A stretch of 64,000 bases of DNA, from contig CAWHXY010000008.1 of assembly GCA_963833575.1 (NCBI GenBank), forward strand, positions 32,001 through 96,000, written 5' to 3'. Position numbers and translations under genes: made by a program. This stretch comes from Candidatus Bathyarchaeota archaeon (lineage in GTDB: Archaea; Thermoproteota; Bathyarchaeia; Bathyarchaeales; Bathycorpusculaceae). The notes below the pieces were generated by a model. That model saw only the letters and a program-made list of their open reading frames with translations. It had not been told where the DNA came from and ran no database searches. Positions 1 to 11,394 of this stretch are shown in pieces. Every line of letters begins with the position of its first letter. The first letter of the stretch is position 1.

Positions 1-209
1 TCTAAGATAAGTAACATATGGACTGAAAATAGAAAGAGCCAAATAGCTCTTACTTACTTAAGATAGACACAAAATTCTAACGAATTTCGCCGGTGAAAAT
101 CAGATACAAGCATCATTTGGAGTGCTGAGATATATGTCGATTTTTTCAATATCGCTTATAACAGTTAATAAGTTAGGAAGTAGCCGCTTGGGAAGAAAGG
201 TGTTGTAAA

Positions 210-902
210 TTGGAGAAAGTGGAAAAGTTGCCTTCGACGCAGGTAATCATTGCTGCTTTGAATGAAGAAGAAGGAATCGGTCTAACAATTAATGAGATTA
301 ACGATAATCTTACCAACTTACATATACTAGTGGTTGATGGTAGAAGCACTGACAGAACTGTTGAAGTTGCCAAGGATAATGGGGCTACTATAGCCTTTCA
401 GGATGGTTTAGGCAAGGGTGATGCTTTCGCCAAAGCCCTTGAGTATTTAGATCCAACCGTTGATTACGTAGTCATAACTGATGCTGATTTCACTTATCCT
501 GCTGTGTATTTGCCTGAAATGATACGAATTCTCGACGAAAACCCTGATGTGGGGATGGTTTGTGGCAACCGATTTAATGGTCATGTTGATAAAAAAGCTA
601 TGCACGATGCCTTTTACTTTGGTAACCGTCTCATAGCTTTTACTCATAATCTTCTAAATGGAGTCCCCTTAAAGGATCCGCTAACAGGTTTGCGCATAGT
701 GAGAGCTGAGATTCTGAGGGATTGGCAAGTCAAATCAAAAGGTTTTGATATTGAGGTAGAACTTAATCATCATGTCGAGAGAAAAGGTTTCACTATCAAA
801 GAATTAGACATAACCTATAGGCAAAGATTGGGTGAAAAGAAACTAGGAATTAGACATGGTGCCGAAATATTGAAACGTATTATGTTGGAAACAACGTATT
901 AA
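210..902 (+). CDS. Glycosyltransferase family 2, DPM1/polyprenol-phosphate glycosyltransferase-like
   Basis: IIAALNEEEGI, VVDGRSTDRT, ITDADFTYP (DxD), GFDIEVE and YRQRLGEKKL motifs. Confidence 0.9.
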   Translation: MEKVEKLPSTQVIIAALNEEEGIGLTINEINDNLTNLHILVVDGRSTDRTVEVAKDNGATIAFQDGLGKGDAFAKALEYLDPTVDYVVITDADFTYPAVYLPEMIRILDENPDVGMVCGNRFNGHVDKKAMHDAFYFGNRLIAFTHNLLNGVPLKDPLTGLRIVRAEILRDWQVKSKGFDIEVELNHHVERKGFTIKELDITYRQRLGEKKLGIRHGAEILKRIMLETTY

Positions 903-1326
903 AAACCAAAGACGTACATAGATCAGCAGACGAATAGAACAGTTTATTTCTTAAATATTCTCACCTATGCATTTATTAATGAATCTTTCGAATGTATTTG
1001 ACATTAAGGGTGTGTAAAACAAAACTTTTCTTATTAAGAGGTAATGTTGCTTATCTACTCTCATCAGAGAGGGATTTTGCTAGTGAGAATTATGTTTATG
1101 AAAACTGAACTGACTCTTAGAAATCAGTTTTTTTTGTTGTTCAGATCGGTATTTTTTGAATCTTATAATAAGAGTTATATTTACCTGAGATTGTTGTCTT
1201 ATAAATTATGTAGCCTGCTAAAGATACAAGTCTCCCTACTTTAGAACAAAACTATTTGTTCTATGCAATATGTAGGGTTTGTCACTTTGCGAGGTTAAGT
1301 ACCGCCTAAAAATAAAGATACAAATA

Positions 1327-2481
1327 ATGGTTGACCCGATTATGAAAGAAAATGAACCATATCGAACAGCTTTCCCTGTTTTTGATGAAGAAAGCATCCA
1401 AAAAATCCTGTCAGATGTGGAGTCTACCCTTAGAACGGGTTTATTAACAAACGGATTGCACGTCAAAGAGTTTGAGAGAAAATTTGCTGAATACATCCAA
1501 ACCAAGCATGCGGTTGCTGTTAATTCAGGGACTTCAAATCTTGAAATTGCCCTCCGGTATTTTGGCGTAAAAAACTCTGAAGTCATAGTTCCTACAAATA
1601 CTTTCGTAGCTACCGCCAATGCAGTTATGTTCGCGGGTGGAAAACCGGTTTTTGCTGATATGCGAGAAGACACATTATGTATTGATCCAATCGATGTTGA
1701 ACGTCAAATTACATCAAAAACGGTTGGGGTTATCGTAGTTCATATTGCTGGATTAGTTTGTCCACAAATGCATGAACTTTTAAAATTATGTAAGGATCGT
1801 GGTTTGTTTCTTATCGAAGATTGTGCTCATGCCCATGGCGCTATGATTGATGGTGTAAAAGCTGGTGCTTTGGCAGATGCGGGGTGCTTCTCATTTTATG
1901 CCACTAAACTAATGACTACGGGTGAAGGTGGAATGATTACTACAGATAATTCTGGTTTGGTTGAAGCTGCTCGCATGATGCGAAATCATGGCCAGAACTC
2001 TCAGTCACTAATGGTTACTCCTGGTTATAATTGGCGCATGGGTGAAATTAATGCTATTCTTGGTTCACATCAATTGGCGAACTTGGAGTTTTTCGTTAAT
2101 CGAAGGAACGAACTGGCTCAAATTTACAATGAATGCTTGCTTAATGTCGACGGAGTTTCTCCAATCCCAAAGCCATCTGGTATAAGGCATGGTTATTACA
2201 AATACAATGTAAAACTTGATAAAAACATCAATGTCGAAAAAGTGGGCAAGATGTTGAAAGCAGAATACAACATCGAAACGGGGCATCTTTACTATCCACC
2301 AGTTCACCTTCACCCCTATTACAAAGAAAACTTTGGAACTATCGAAGGTATGTGTCCAATTGCAGAGGATGTTTTGCGAAGAACATTGTGCTTACCATTA
2401 CATGTGGCGATAGCCAACGAAAGCGTGCCCTACATAACCAAAGCTCTTAATACTTGCATTCAAGCATCAAGAACAAATTAA
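1327..2481 (+). CDS. DegT/DnrJ/EryC1/StrS PLP-dependent sugar aminotransferase
   Basis: AVNSGTSNL, PTNTFVATANA, IEDCAHAHG and FSFYATKLMTTGEGG (PLP-Lys) motifs. ORF is open from 1279; ATG 1327 is the more likely start. Confidence 0.92.
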   Translation: MVDPIMKENEPYRTAFPVFDEESIQKILSDVESTLRTGLLTNGLHVKEFERKFAEYIQTKHAVAVNSGTSNLEIALRYFGVKNSEVIVPTNTFVATANAVMFAGGKPVFADMREDTLCIDPIDVERQITSKTVGVIVVHIAGLVCPQMHELLKLCKDRGLFLIEDCAHAHGAMIDGVKAGALADAGCFSFYATKLMTTGEGGMITTDNSGLVEAARMMRNHGQNSQSLMVTPGYNWRMGEINAILGSHQLANLEFFVNRRNELAQIYNECLLNVDGVSPIPKPSGIRHGYYKYNVKLDKNINVEKVGKMLKAEYNIETGHLYYPPVHLHPYYKENFGTIEGMCPIAEDVLRRTLCLPLHVAIANESVPYITKALNTCIQASRTN

Positions 2482-2518
2482 ACTCACTTTTGACTCTGGT
2501 TATCTTAAGAAGGAAGTA

Positions 2519-3214
2519 ATGACAATGATTACATCTGGGCATCAACCAAATTATCTGCCGTATCTCGGCTTTTTTGACAAAATGGCCCAATGCGATATCT
2601 TCGTAATTCAAGATGACGTTCAGTACGAGAGACATGATTTTCAAAATAGAAATCAAATAAAAACGGTTAAAGGCGCAACGTGGTTGTCGGTCCCTATTGA
2701 ACATGTGGGTGAGACTTTGCCATTCAAGGAAATTAGGATTGCTAAACGTTTGGAGTCGGAGTGGGGGCTACATCACTGGCGAGTTATTGAGTTAAACTAC
2801 GAGCGGGCGCCTTATTGGAAGCAATATTACGATTTTTTTGAGCAGGCATACAGTCAAAAATGGGAATCTCTAATGGATCTTAACCTTTATTTAATAAAGG
2901 GAATAATGAAATTCCTTAGAATAAAGACTAATTTAGTCATGGCTTCGTCATTAAATGCTTCAGGAAAATCTTCGAACATGATTCTTGCCCAATGTAAATC
3001 AGTTGGGGCCGACGTTTATCTTTCAGGAATTGGCGGGCGCGTCTACTTAGACATGTCGCTATTTGAGAAAGCTGGGATCAAAGTGGTCTTCCAAGACTTT
3101 CATTATCCCGTCTACAACCAATTGCACGGGCCATTTGTCCCTAACCTTTCTGTGATTGATTATCTTTTTTGCCATGGAGGAGAAGACTGGGCTCCCCAGA
3201 AAGTTATACTCTAA
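2519..3214 (+). CDS. wbqC: WbqC family protein (putative glycyl/acyl transferase for amino sugars)
   Basis: HQPNYLPYLGFFDKM...DDVQY...QNRNQI, YLSGIGGRVY and NLSVIDYLF motifs. Confidence 0.9.
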   Translation: MTMITSGHQPNYLPYLGFFDKMAQCDIFVIQDDVQYERHDFQNRNQIKTVKGATWLSVPIEHVGETLPFKEIRIAKRLESEWGLHHWRVIELNYERAPYWKQYYDFFEQAYSQKWESLMDLNLYLIKGIMKFLRIKTNLVMASSLNASGKSSNMILAQCKSVGADVYLSGIGGRVYLDMSLFEKAGIKVVFQDFHYPVYNQLHGPFVPNLSVIDYLFCHGGEDWAPQKVIL

Positions 3215-3318
3215 CCTCAGTAGAAATCGGCGAAGTGACTATTGATGAAGGACGATATTACGGAATCCAGAATATCATATATTAGTTGTTTGTTAAGAGT
3301 ATCACGAGGTGTTAAGCA

Positions 3319-3936
3319 GTGGTATTAAGATCTGATGTTTTGATTGCGGTGGGAGCACACCCTGACGATATCGAATTAGGCTGCGGAGGAACAATAAAGG
3401 CAGCTACTGCAGCTGGAAAAAAAGTAATTGCAATCTACCTGACGAAAGGAGAAGAAAGCGGAAATCCTGATGTAAGAATGAGTGAAAGCAAAAAAGCACT
3501 ATCGATTCTGGGCGTAAAAGACGTGTTTTTTGGGGATTTCAAAGATACCGAGATCCCTAGTTCGCATGAGGCAGTCAAATTCTTAGAGGACTTTTATGAT
3601 AAATACCAACCAGACACAGTTTTGACTCATACAACCCATGATACCCACCAAGACCATCGCCAAATAGCTTGGCTATCTTTATCTGCATTTAGAAATGCAT
3701 CCAAATTGCTTTCTTATGAGACTCCTAGAGTTCTGGGTCAATTCTCTCCAAACTATTTTGTAGACATATCAGATTGTATTCAATTTAAGTGGGAAGCACT
3801 GCAATGTCATCTAACGCAGAAAACAAAAAGGTACCTTAATTATGAATCAATGGTTAACCTGTCCTCTTTCAGAGGAAGCCAAGTAGGTCTCCGCGCAGCT
3901 GAGGCTTATGAAGTAATACGATACGTAGACAAATGA
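3319..3936 (+). CDS. PIG-L/LmbE family deacetylase
   Basis: GAHPDDIELGCGG, DTHQDH and AEAY motifs. Confidence 0.9.
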   Translation: MVLRSDVLIAVGAHPDDIELGCGGTIKAATAAGKKVIAIYLTKGEESGNPDVRMSESKKALSILGVKDVFFGDFKDTEIPSSHEAVKFLEDFYDKYQPDTVLTHTTHDTHQDHRQIAWLSLSAFRNASKLLSYETPRVLGQFSPNYFVDISDCIQFKWEALQCHLTQKTKRYLNYESMVNLSSFRGSQVGLRAAEAYEVIRYVDK

Positions 3937-4311
3937 CTCTATAACGAACATAGTGATAAGCTGCAAGTGCCTGTGCCTGCAAACAACAATAATTTTCCTG
4001 GCGAACCTAAATTAAATAATTTTGAGCAAATAACTAGTGTTAGTACTCGACGGTGATTTCATCTCCCTCAAAAACTCCAATTACGAAGTAACCAAAACAG
4101 GCTAAGAACTTTTTGGTAAATTGCAAACTTTTCTAACAAATTCTCGAAAATTTGATGGTTTTACAAGAAATAATCAAAGTGCAAACCCCTTAAATCACTC
4201 TGTCTAAAACGTGAACCAACGTTATAACACAAGAACAAAAATTATTTAGCTTGGAGGCAACTACACATAAATAACTACTGCAAATTTATCGCTGCCACTC
4301 TGTTCATTTTC

Positions 4312-4773
4312 TTGACGCTTGGCTCTTGCTTTTACAGCACGAATTATGTTTTTGCCCAAACTGACCAATCGAGCTCGAAACTGCAGGCGGCCAACACGGC
4401 TGTCGCGCTAGCTTTTAATGCTGTTTTGGCCGCTGAAAAAGCAGGCGCAAACGTTACAAACCTAATAGCTCAGTTAAATACTGCTGCAGGCATCTTGGCT
4501 CAAGCAGAAAACTCGTACCGAACTGGAGATTATAACGCAACAGCGGCCCAAGCAGACAGTGTACTCCCAATTGCACAAGAAGTCACAAGCGTTGCTCAAA
4601 ACGCCAAACAAAAAGCTTTGGTTTCCAGCCAAAATGCCTTCTGGCAGATGATGGCATTTACGGCAATCGGTGCTTCCGTGTTCCTTTTGGTTTTGTTTTC
4701 GATTTGGCGCCGGTTTAAGCAGGGTTACATTAAGAGTTTTTCTGGATCAAAACCTGTGGTGAATAATCGATGA
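4312..4773 (+). CDS. Hypothetical secreted helical protein with C-terminal TM anchor
   Basis: Ala-rich helical body, C-terminal hydrophobic segment followed by WRRFK; overlaps the next gene (ATGA); true start may be slightly upstream. Confidence 0.7.
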   Translation: MTLGSCFYSTNYVFAQTDQSSSKLQAANTAVALAFNAVLAAEKAGANVTNLIAQLNTAAGILAQAENSYRTGDYNATAAQADSVLPIAQEVTSVAQNAKQKALVSSQNAFWQMMAFTAIGASVFLLVLFSIWRRFKQGYIKSFSGSKPVVNNR

Positions 4774-5387
4774 AGCTTGAAGGCTACAAACTTATTTTTG
4801 TCACTGTGGCTTTAGTTGGTGTTTTGCTCATTGCAACGCCTGCACTTGCCGACGCTATTCACATTCCCAGTGTTCCAGGCGGAGCGAAATTTTCTGAGCT
4901 TTTTCTTTTAGGTTCAAACCAGACAGCTGAAAATTATCCTTATAACATTGCTATAGACCAAAACTACTCAGTTTATGTAGGCGTAGGAAACCAGTTGGGG
5001 TATTCAGCTTACTATGTTTTGAACGTAAAGCTTGGCAATGAGACCGATCAAATGCCGAATGATACCCTTGCGACGCCGAGTTCTCTTCAGCCTCTGTATT
5101 CATACAGGTTTTCAATTCAAAATAGCATGTATTGGAAAAATCTCTTGACTTTTTCATTTTCTAACGCTTCAATATCAGGAAATAATTCACAGCTCAACAG
5201 TTTACTGTTAAATGGTGTTACATTTTATGTCGATAAACCCGCTCTGTGGGATTCAAATAATACTTCCTTCACATATCGACTTTTGTTCGAATTATGGATT
5301 TATAGTACTCAATCTAACCAAATCGAATATAACAATCGTTACGTAGCTCTTCAACTTAATCTGACAACTAATGCATATTCTGGTTAG
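4770..5387 (+). CDS. DUF1616 domain archaeal membrane protein
   Basis: FSELFLLG...AENYPYNI...VYVGVGN...YRLLFELW pattern typical of DUF1616 in archaeal glycosylation loci. Confidence 0.75.
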   Translation: MKLEGYKLIFVTVALVGVLLIATPALADAIHIPSVPGGAKFSELFLLGSNQTAENYPYNIAIDQNYSVYVGVGNQLGYSAYYVLNVKLGNETDQMPNDTLATPSSLQPLYSYRFSIQNSMYWKNLLTFSFSNASISGNNSQLNSLLLNGVTFYVDKPALWDSNNTSFTYRLLFELWIYSTQSNQIEYNNRYVALQLNLTTNAYSG

Positions 5388-5486
5388 ATATTTTTTCGAA
5401 CAAATTTTATTTGTTGTAGTAATTTTTCAATTTCTTGTTGAGAATTGAAAGATAGGTTCCATTCTTTGCCTTTGGGAGATTCTTAA

Positions 5487-6731
5487 GTGAAGATTTGTTT
5501 GTTAGCTCCTGAATTTCCTCCCGTTTGGGGAGGAGTAGGCACCTATTCCTTTGAGTTGACGAAACATTTACCTAAAAGTGTTGAGATTCATGTTTTAACT
5601 CCCCGACGGGAAAGTTTTGGTAGGCAGAAGGTGTCACCGACCGGTATCAATCCGATAGAGTCTCTTGGGAACAATGTGCATATTCATTACGTTTCTGCAG
5701 CTCATGATTCTTTTATGTATAATGCGGAATTTCAATACGCATGCCTTAAGCAGGTTCCTAAGATTGTAAAGGCGGAAAGAATTGATGTTATTCATTCACA
5801 TCAGGCTCACATGCCCGACTTGTTGCTAATGTTTCGAAAACTGCCCGCCAAAACTGTTGTTACCGTCCATACTACGATAAAATTTCAAAGAGCAGCCACT
5901 ATTGCATCTCACCAAAATATCAGTGAGCTTGAAAATTCGGAAAGAGGGACGTTTTTCTTGTATCCTTTTCTCAGGATCGCGGAAGAATTATACGCTAAAA
6001 GAAACAAAACGTGTATAACACCTTCCTTTTATATGGCAAAATGGTTAAAAGACAATTTTTCTAATTCCGAAAGTGTTACTGTAATTCCAAACTGCGTATC
6101 TTCACCCGATAACTCTCAATCTTTTGAAACTGGCTCACTAATTAAAAACAAAATTCCGAAAAACCTTCTAAACAAGAGAATAATTCTTTATTCAGGTCGA
6201 CTTTTGGCTATGAAAGGCATTGATGTTTTAGTCAATGCAATTCCAAAAATTTCCAGAATCGCCGGGAAAGGTGAACTCCTGTTTGTTTTCGCTGGACCAG
6301 GAAATTATAGTAAGTTCAAAACAAAGCTAGATAACATGAATGTCAAATCAAATTACGTTTTCACTGGTCCAGTATCTCGAGAAACGATAATGTCATTTAT
6401 AACAAAATCTGAAATTGTGGTGGTTCCAAGCTATAATGAAAATTGCCCCTATGCAGTCTTGGAGCCCATGTCTTATGGAAAGCCTGTAGTTGCCTCAAGT
6501 GTCGGTGGAATTCCAGAAATAATAACTGATGGAGTTGATGGGTTGCTTGTAGAGCCTGGCAATTCAGATATGTTAGCAAAGGCAATTACAAGGCTTTTGT
6601 CCGACAAGTCTCTGAAGAACGTTCTGGGTCAACAGGCTAAACTTAAAATTGCAAATAAATTTTCTTGGCACGTCAACATTCCAAAATATCTAAAGTGCTA
6701 TTCGGAAGCAGCAACCAAACAGCTAAATTAG
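5487..6731 (+). CDS. Glycosyltransferase family 4 (GT-B)
   Basis: EFPPVWGGVG, SGRLLAMKGID and ENCPYAVLE (ExxxxxxxE) motifs. Confidence 0.92.
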   Translation: MKICLLAPEFPPVWGGVGTYSFELTKHLPKSVEIHVLTPRRESFGRQKVSPTGINPIESLGNNVHIHYVSAAHDSFMYNAEFQYACLKQVPKIVKAERIDVIHSHQAHMPDLLLMFRKLPAKTVVTVHTTIKFQRAATIASHQNISELENSERGTFFLYPFLRIAEELYAKRNKTCITPSFYMAKWLKDNFSNSESVTVIPNCVSSPDNSQSFETGSLIKNKIPKNLLNKRIILYSGRLLAMKGIDVLVNAIPKISRIAGKGELLFVFAGPGNYSKFKTKLDNMNVKSNYVFTGPVSRETIMSFITKSEIVVVPSYNENCPYAVLEPMSYGKPVVASSVGGIPEIITDGVDGLLVEPGNSDMLAKAITRLLSDKSLKNVLGQQAKLKIANKFSWHVNIPKYLKCYSEAATKQLN

Positions 6732-6935
6732 ATTAGACTAACTTGTTATCCGATAGTTAGAAGAAATGCAAAGAAGAGACATAACGCATCTATCAGGAGT
6801 TTCTTAATGGTGAACAGTGAAGGATTTAAGTTTGTCGTCTTTGGTTTAAATCTATTTTGCATAGTTTGTTAAATTTAATTATTTTCTAGCTTATTGACAT
6901 ATCACAAATGCAGTTATATGGAGAGGTAACCTGAA

Positions 6936-8066
6936 GTGCACGTTTGCATGATCACTAGAGAATTTCCTCCTGCGTCGGGCGGAATAGGCTATTATGTATA
7001 TAACCTCTCAAAGGGGTTAATCAAAAAAGGACATAGAGTCACCGTTATTACTCGTGGATCTACTCACCGACTAGAAAAGGAGACAATTGATGGTATAGAT
7101 GTATTTAAGGCGACTTTCTTTCCGCTGTATCCCTTTCAAATGCCCCTACATGGGCTATTTGTTAATTCACTGGTTAAATCGTTAGAACCTCAGTTTAACT
7201 TAATTCATTTACACTCACCTGTAACTCCATCAATTAAGACTGCCTTGCCAATAATTACCACAATTCATACTGCAATGAGGATTGACTCAAGATATCACGA
7301 GGTAGTTGATCCCTATTCATTAGCCGAAAAAATACAATCAATGTATTTCTCTCCACTCGTAGAATCACAGCTGTTAAAGCTTTCAGATATCATTACGGCT
7401 GTCTCTCCTACTGTTGCAAATGAACTGAATGGATACGGAATGGATTCTAGTAAAGTCAAAGTAATGTGGAACGGCGTTGACGAAAAAATCTTTTCCCCTA
7501 CCAAGAACAAAGAAAAACTGGAAAAATACGTTTTGTTCACTGGAGTCTTACGAGCACGAAAAGGCTTATTTGACCTTATAAAATGTGCAATTCTTGTTAA
7601 GAAAACAATTCCTGACATTAAGTTTGTTATCTGCGGTACTGGTCCTTTACTTCAACAGTTAACAGAACAAGTTCGAAACGTTGGGCTTAAAGAGCAAGTA
7701 ATTTTCTTAGGGCGAGTAGATCGAAGAAAATTTATTCAAATATGTCAAAGTGCTACTATACAAGTTGTTCCTTCTATTTATGAGGGTCTTCCAACAGTTC
7801 TCTTAGAAGCTATGGCATGTGGTTTACCCGTTGTAGCCACAAATATAGGAGGTATCCGAGACATAATCTCTTCTAATGTAAACGGTTTACTAGTCCCTCC
7901 AGGCTCTCCTGTGAAAATGGCAAAAATGATAGAAATGCTATGGACTGATGAGCCTTTGAGAAAAAAACTTGGGAACAGTGCTAGGGAAACCATACTTAAA
8001 AAGTATACCTGGGAGAAAATAACCAATGATTTCGTTCACCTGTACGAAGGTCTCCTTCAAAAGTAG
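6936..8066 (+). CDS. Glycosyltransferase family 4 (GT-B)
   Basis: EFPPASGGIG, RARKGL and EGLPTVLLEAMACG motifs. Confidence 0.93.
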   Translation: MHVCMITREFPPASGGIGYYVYNLSKGLIKKGHRVTVITRGSTHRLEKETIDGIDVFKATFFPLYPFQMPLHGLFVNSLVKSLEPQFNLIHLHSPVTPSIKTALPIITTIHTAMRIDSRYHEVVDPYSLAEKIQSMYFSPLVESQLLKLSDIITAVSPTVANELNGYGMDSSKVKVMWNGVDEKIFSPTKNKEKLEKYVLFTGVLRARKGLFDLIKCAILVKKTIPDIKFVICGTGPLLQQLTEQVRNVGLKEQVIFLGRVDRRKFIQICQSATIQVVPSIYEGLPTVLLEAMACGLPVVATNIGGIRDIISSNVNGLLVPPGSPVKMAKMIEMLWTDEPLRKKLGNSARETILKKYTWEKITNDFVHLYEGLLQK

Positions 8067-8417
8067 AGACCTATTTGCTGCCGAATGAATTAGTGTTATA
8101 AAAACAAGCTCATAATAAAACCGGTTGTCGTCGACTATCTTTAGGATTTTGCTCAAAAAAGGCAACTAATTTGCAATTGAAATAGTCTTATGATTACGAA
8201 AGAACTCGCATTTGTGAGCGCGCCAATGCATATCTAAATTGATTTTTTTCCTATAATTTCTAGTCATTTTTGCAAACAAGATTGCTAGGCAATAGTGAAT
8301 GTATTCAGTTTACTGCTACAGCAATAATCAAATCCTGCAGTTCTCTTCCTGCGTTCAAGAAGAAATCTTTATGAGCATAACAAGACACTTAAGATACACT
8401 AAAATAAAAAAAGAGGT

Positions 8418-11027
8418 TTGAAAACAATGAATAAACTGAAAATAATATTTACAATCTTATTTGTTACACTTGCACTTGTTGCAATAATAGGATACGCCAA
8501 AGCGGCTGGTTCACCTTCGACTACGACGACTGTGCTTTCTTCGTCTTCTATTACGTTTGGTGGTTCTGTTACGGATACGGCGACTGTTACGTCTGGCGCT
8601 ACCGGTTTGGTTGATTTTTTGGTCTCGTCTAACGGTGGTTCCACTTTTTATCAATATGACGTTCAGACTTTATCTGGAAGTTCTGCTACTTCTACACCGT
8701 ATTATCCGACTAATTCTGGCACCTATTACTTTAGAGCTATTTATGTTGGCGATACACTATATGCTGGTTCTCAGAGTGGTGACACCGCTGAGCTTTTGAC
8801 GGTGAATAAGGCTGCTTCGACTACGACGACTGTGCTTTCTTCGTCTTCTATTGCGTTTGGTGGTTCTGTTACGGATACGGCGACTGTTACGTCTGGCGCT
8901 ACCGGTGTGGTTGATTTTTTGGTCTCGTCTAACGGTGGTTCTACTTGGTTCCAATATGACGTTCAGACTTTATCTGGAAGTTCTGCTACTTCTGCCCCAT
9001 ATTATCCGCCTAATTCTGGCACTTACTATTTTGTGGCTAGTTACACTGGGAGTGGACAGTATGCTGTTTCTCAGAGTGGTGACACCGCTGAGCTTTTGAC
9101 GGTGAATAAGGCTGCTTCGACTACGACGACTGTGCTTTCTTCGTCTTCTATTGCGTTTGGTGGTTCTGTTACGGATACGGCGACTGTTACGTCTGGCGCT
9201 ACCGGTGTGGTTGATTTTTTGGTCTCGTCTAACGGTGGTTCTACTTGGTTCCAATATGACGTTCAGACTTTATCTGGAAGTTCTGCTACTTCTGCCCCAT
9301 ATACTCCTGCTTCTCACGGCACTTACTACTTTATGGCTAGTTACACTGGGAGTGGACAGTATGCTGTTTCTCAGAGTGGTGACACAGCCGAGCCATTGGT
9401 GGTTCACACAACGACCGTCGCTAGTGTAGCGATTACTCCTGCTGCAGCGACGATAAACGCTGGCAGTTCTCAGACTTATACGGCCACTGCTTACGATCAG
9501 TACAATGATGGTTGGGACGTAACTTCATCTACAACTTGGAGTATAAGTCCAGCCGCATTAGGTTCGTGGAACAGTAACGTTTACACTTCAGCGAATGCTG
9601 GAACTTGGACTATTACCGGCACCTATGCTTCTACGCCCTACACAACTACTTTGACGGTTAATCCGGCTGCTATCAGTCGCTTTGTTTTTAACACTGTTGG
9701 TTTACAGGTTGCGGGTACGCCGTTTAGCATAACAATTACAGCTGTGGACGCTTCAGGAAACTCAGTCGCAAGTTACAGCGGCGCTCCCACTTTGAGTTAC
9801 TCTGCTGGATCCATTTCGCCATCTTCTGCAACTGGAGGTTTCTCTAACGGTGTTTGGACAGGAATGGTTAGCGTGACTGCTGCGGGTTCAAGCGTTACTC
9901 TTGGTGTGAATGATGGTAGTTCCCATACTGGAACGAGTAACACCTTTACTGTTAATCCGGGTGTTGCTGTGAGCGTAGCTGTATCTCCTAGCTCGGCGAC
10001 TATTAACGCTGGAAACACAGAAACTTACACGGCAACGGCTTCTGACGCTTATGGTAACACTTGGGATATAACTTCTACAACAACTTGGAGCATAAGCTCC
10101 GGTGCTGGAGGTTCATGGAATAACAATGTTTACACTTCTGCAACTGTCGGCTCCTGGACGGTAACTGCACAGTATAACGGACTGCAAGGCACAGCTCAAC
10201 TAATTGTTAACTCTACGCTAGGTGCTCCAACCGTGTCTACTTCCGCAAGTACGGTTGATCAGGGTCAAACTTCAGCTTTAACTTCGACGTCAGTTACGAA
10301 CGGCGCTAGTCCATACACGTATCAATGGTTTGAGGAGATTCCAAGTGCGAATTTTTATTCGGCAATTAGCGGTGCGACATCAACCAGTTATTCTTTTGTT
10401 CCTACGAGTTCTAACGCTACAGGTGTTTACAGTTTTAAGCTTCAGGTCACTGATGCAGCTTTGGCAGTGATCACTTCAAACTCTGTCTCGATTACTGTGA
10501 ATACTGCTCCGACTGTTACTGTTTCACCTGCTTCTTGGACTATGAATGTTGGTCAGTCTCAGACGTTCACAGCAACTCCTATTGGCGGTTCTGGCACTTA
10601 CACAAGTTATCAGTGGTTTATAGGCGGATTAGCACAGGCTGGTCAGAATGCATCAACATTGAGCTACTCTCCTGCTTCTTCGGGTTATTACTCGATCACA
10701 GTTACTGTTACTGACAGTTTAGGCGCAACTTCAGTTCAGTCAAGTGCGGCGACGGTTATGGCTTCAGTTCTTGTGAGTACAACTCCAACTTCAACACCAG
10801 TACCAACAGCAAAACCAACTGCAACTCCAACCCCTACCCCAACCCCAACAGCAAAACCAACTGCAACTCCAACATTAACGCCTACAGCAACTGCAGCGGC
10901 ATTTGTTTTCAGTGCAATTGATTGGCTCATAACAGTCATCGTTATCATCATAGTGTTGATACTCATAATCCTCGTATGGTTCAGAAGATTCCGCAAGCCG
11001 AAGCCTCAACAAACCCCAAAAAAATAA
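8418..11027 (+). CDS. Cell-surface protein with Ig-like (Big_3/PKD-like) modules, Thr/Pro stalk and C-terminal TM anchor
   Basis: N-terminal signal peptide, three ~100-aa repeats, further beta-sandwich modules, TPTP linker, TM segment followed by basic tail. Confidence 0.85.
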   Translation: MKTMNKLKIIFTILFVTLALVAIIGYAKAAGSPSTTTTVLSSSSITFGGSVTDTATVTSGATGLVDFLVSSNGGSTFYQYDVQTLSGSSATSTPYYPTNSGTYYFRAIYVGDTLYAGSQSGDTAELLTVNKAASTTTTVLSSSSIAFGGSVTDTATVTSGATGVVDFLVSSNGGSTWFQYDVQTLSGSSATSAPYYPPNSGTYYFVASYTGSGQYAVSQSGDTAELLTVNKAASTTTTVLSSSSIAFGGSVTDTATVTSGATGVVDFLVSSNGGSTWFQYDVQTLSGSSATSAPYTPASHGTYYFMASYTGSGQYAVSQSGDTAEPLVVHTTTVASVAITPAAATINAGSSQTYTATAYDQYNDGWDVTSSTTWSISPAALGSWNSNVYTSANAGTWTITGTYASTPYTTTLTVNPAAISRFVFNTVGLQVAGTPFSITITAVDASGNSVASYSGAPTLSYSAGSISPSSATGGFSNGVWTGMVSVTAAGSSVTLGVNDGSSHTGTSNTFTVNPGVAVSVAVSPSSATINAGNTETYTATASDAYGNTWDITSTTTWSISSGAGGSWNNNVYTSATVGSWTVTAQYNGLQGTAQLIVNSTLGAPTVSTSASTVDQGQTSALTSTSVTNGASPYTYQWFEEIPSANFYSAISGATSTSYSFVPTSSNATGVYSFKLQVTDAALAVITSNSVSITVNTAPTVTVSPASWTMNVGQSQTFTATPIGGSGTYTSYQWFIGGLAQAGQNASTLSYSPASSGYYSITVTVTDSLGATSVQSSAATVMASVLVSTTPTSTPVPTAKPTATPTPTPTPTAKPTATPTLTPTATAAAFVFSAIDWLITVIVIIIVLILIILVWFRRFRKPKPQQTPKK
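8515..9385 (+). repeat. Three tandem 300-bp intragenic repeats (Ig-like module)
   Basis: cttcgactacgacgactgtgctttc recurs at 8515, 8815 and 9115; copies are near-identical. Confidence 0.95.
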
Positions 11028-11394
11028 GCTGACAGAATTCAAACGGGGAAAGCATATCCCCTTTTCCATTTTTTAAGATCTTTTTGAAGTACTTTACAAA
11101 CTATAAGCTTACAGTTCATTCGTATTTCAAAGAGAGTATTTTCGCTAAAAACCATCTTCACACCAAACTTCGTTAATGCTCCTGAAGAACCTGTATACAA
11201 CCGGTTCTCCTCAAGAGTTAATGCTTTCACATTTAACTATGATTTACCCAAGATATTTTATTTCAAAAGAATTATACTTAAAGGTCATTTTACCATCGCT
11301 GTTTGTACTATTTGAGCAATTTAGAAGATTCAGTTGATATGTTGACTTTTCATGCCCACCGCGCTATTGAGTTTAACCCAGTAGGTTACAAGTT

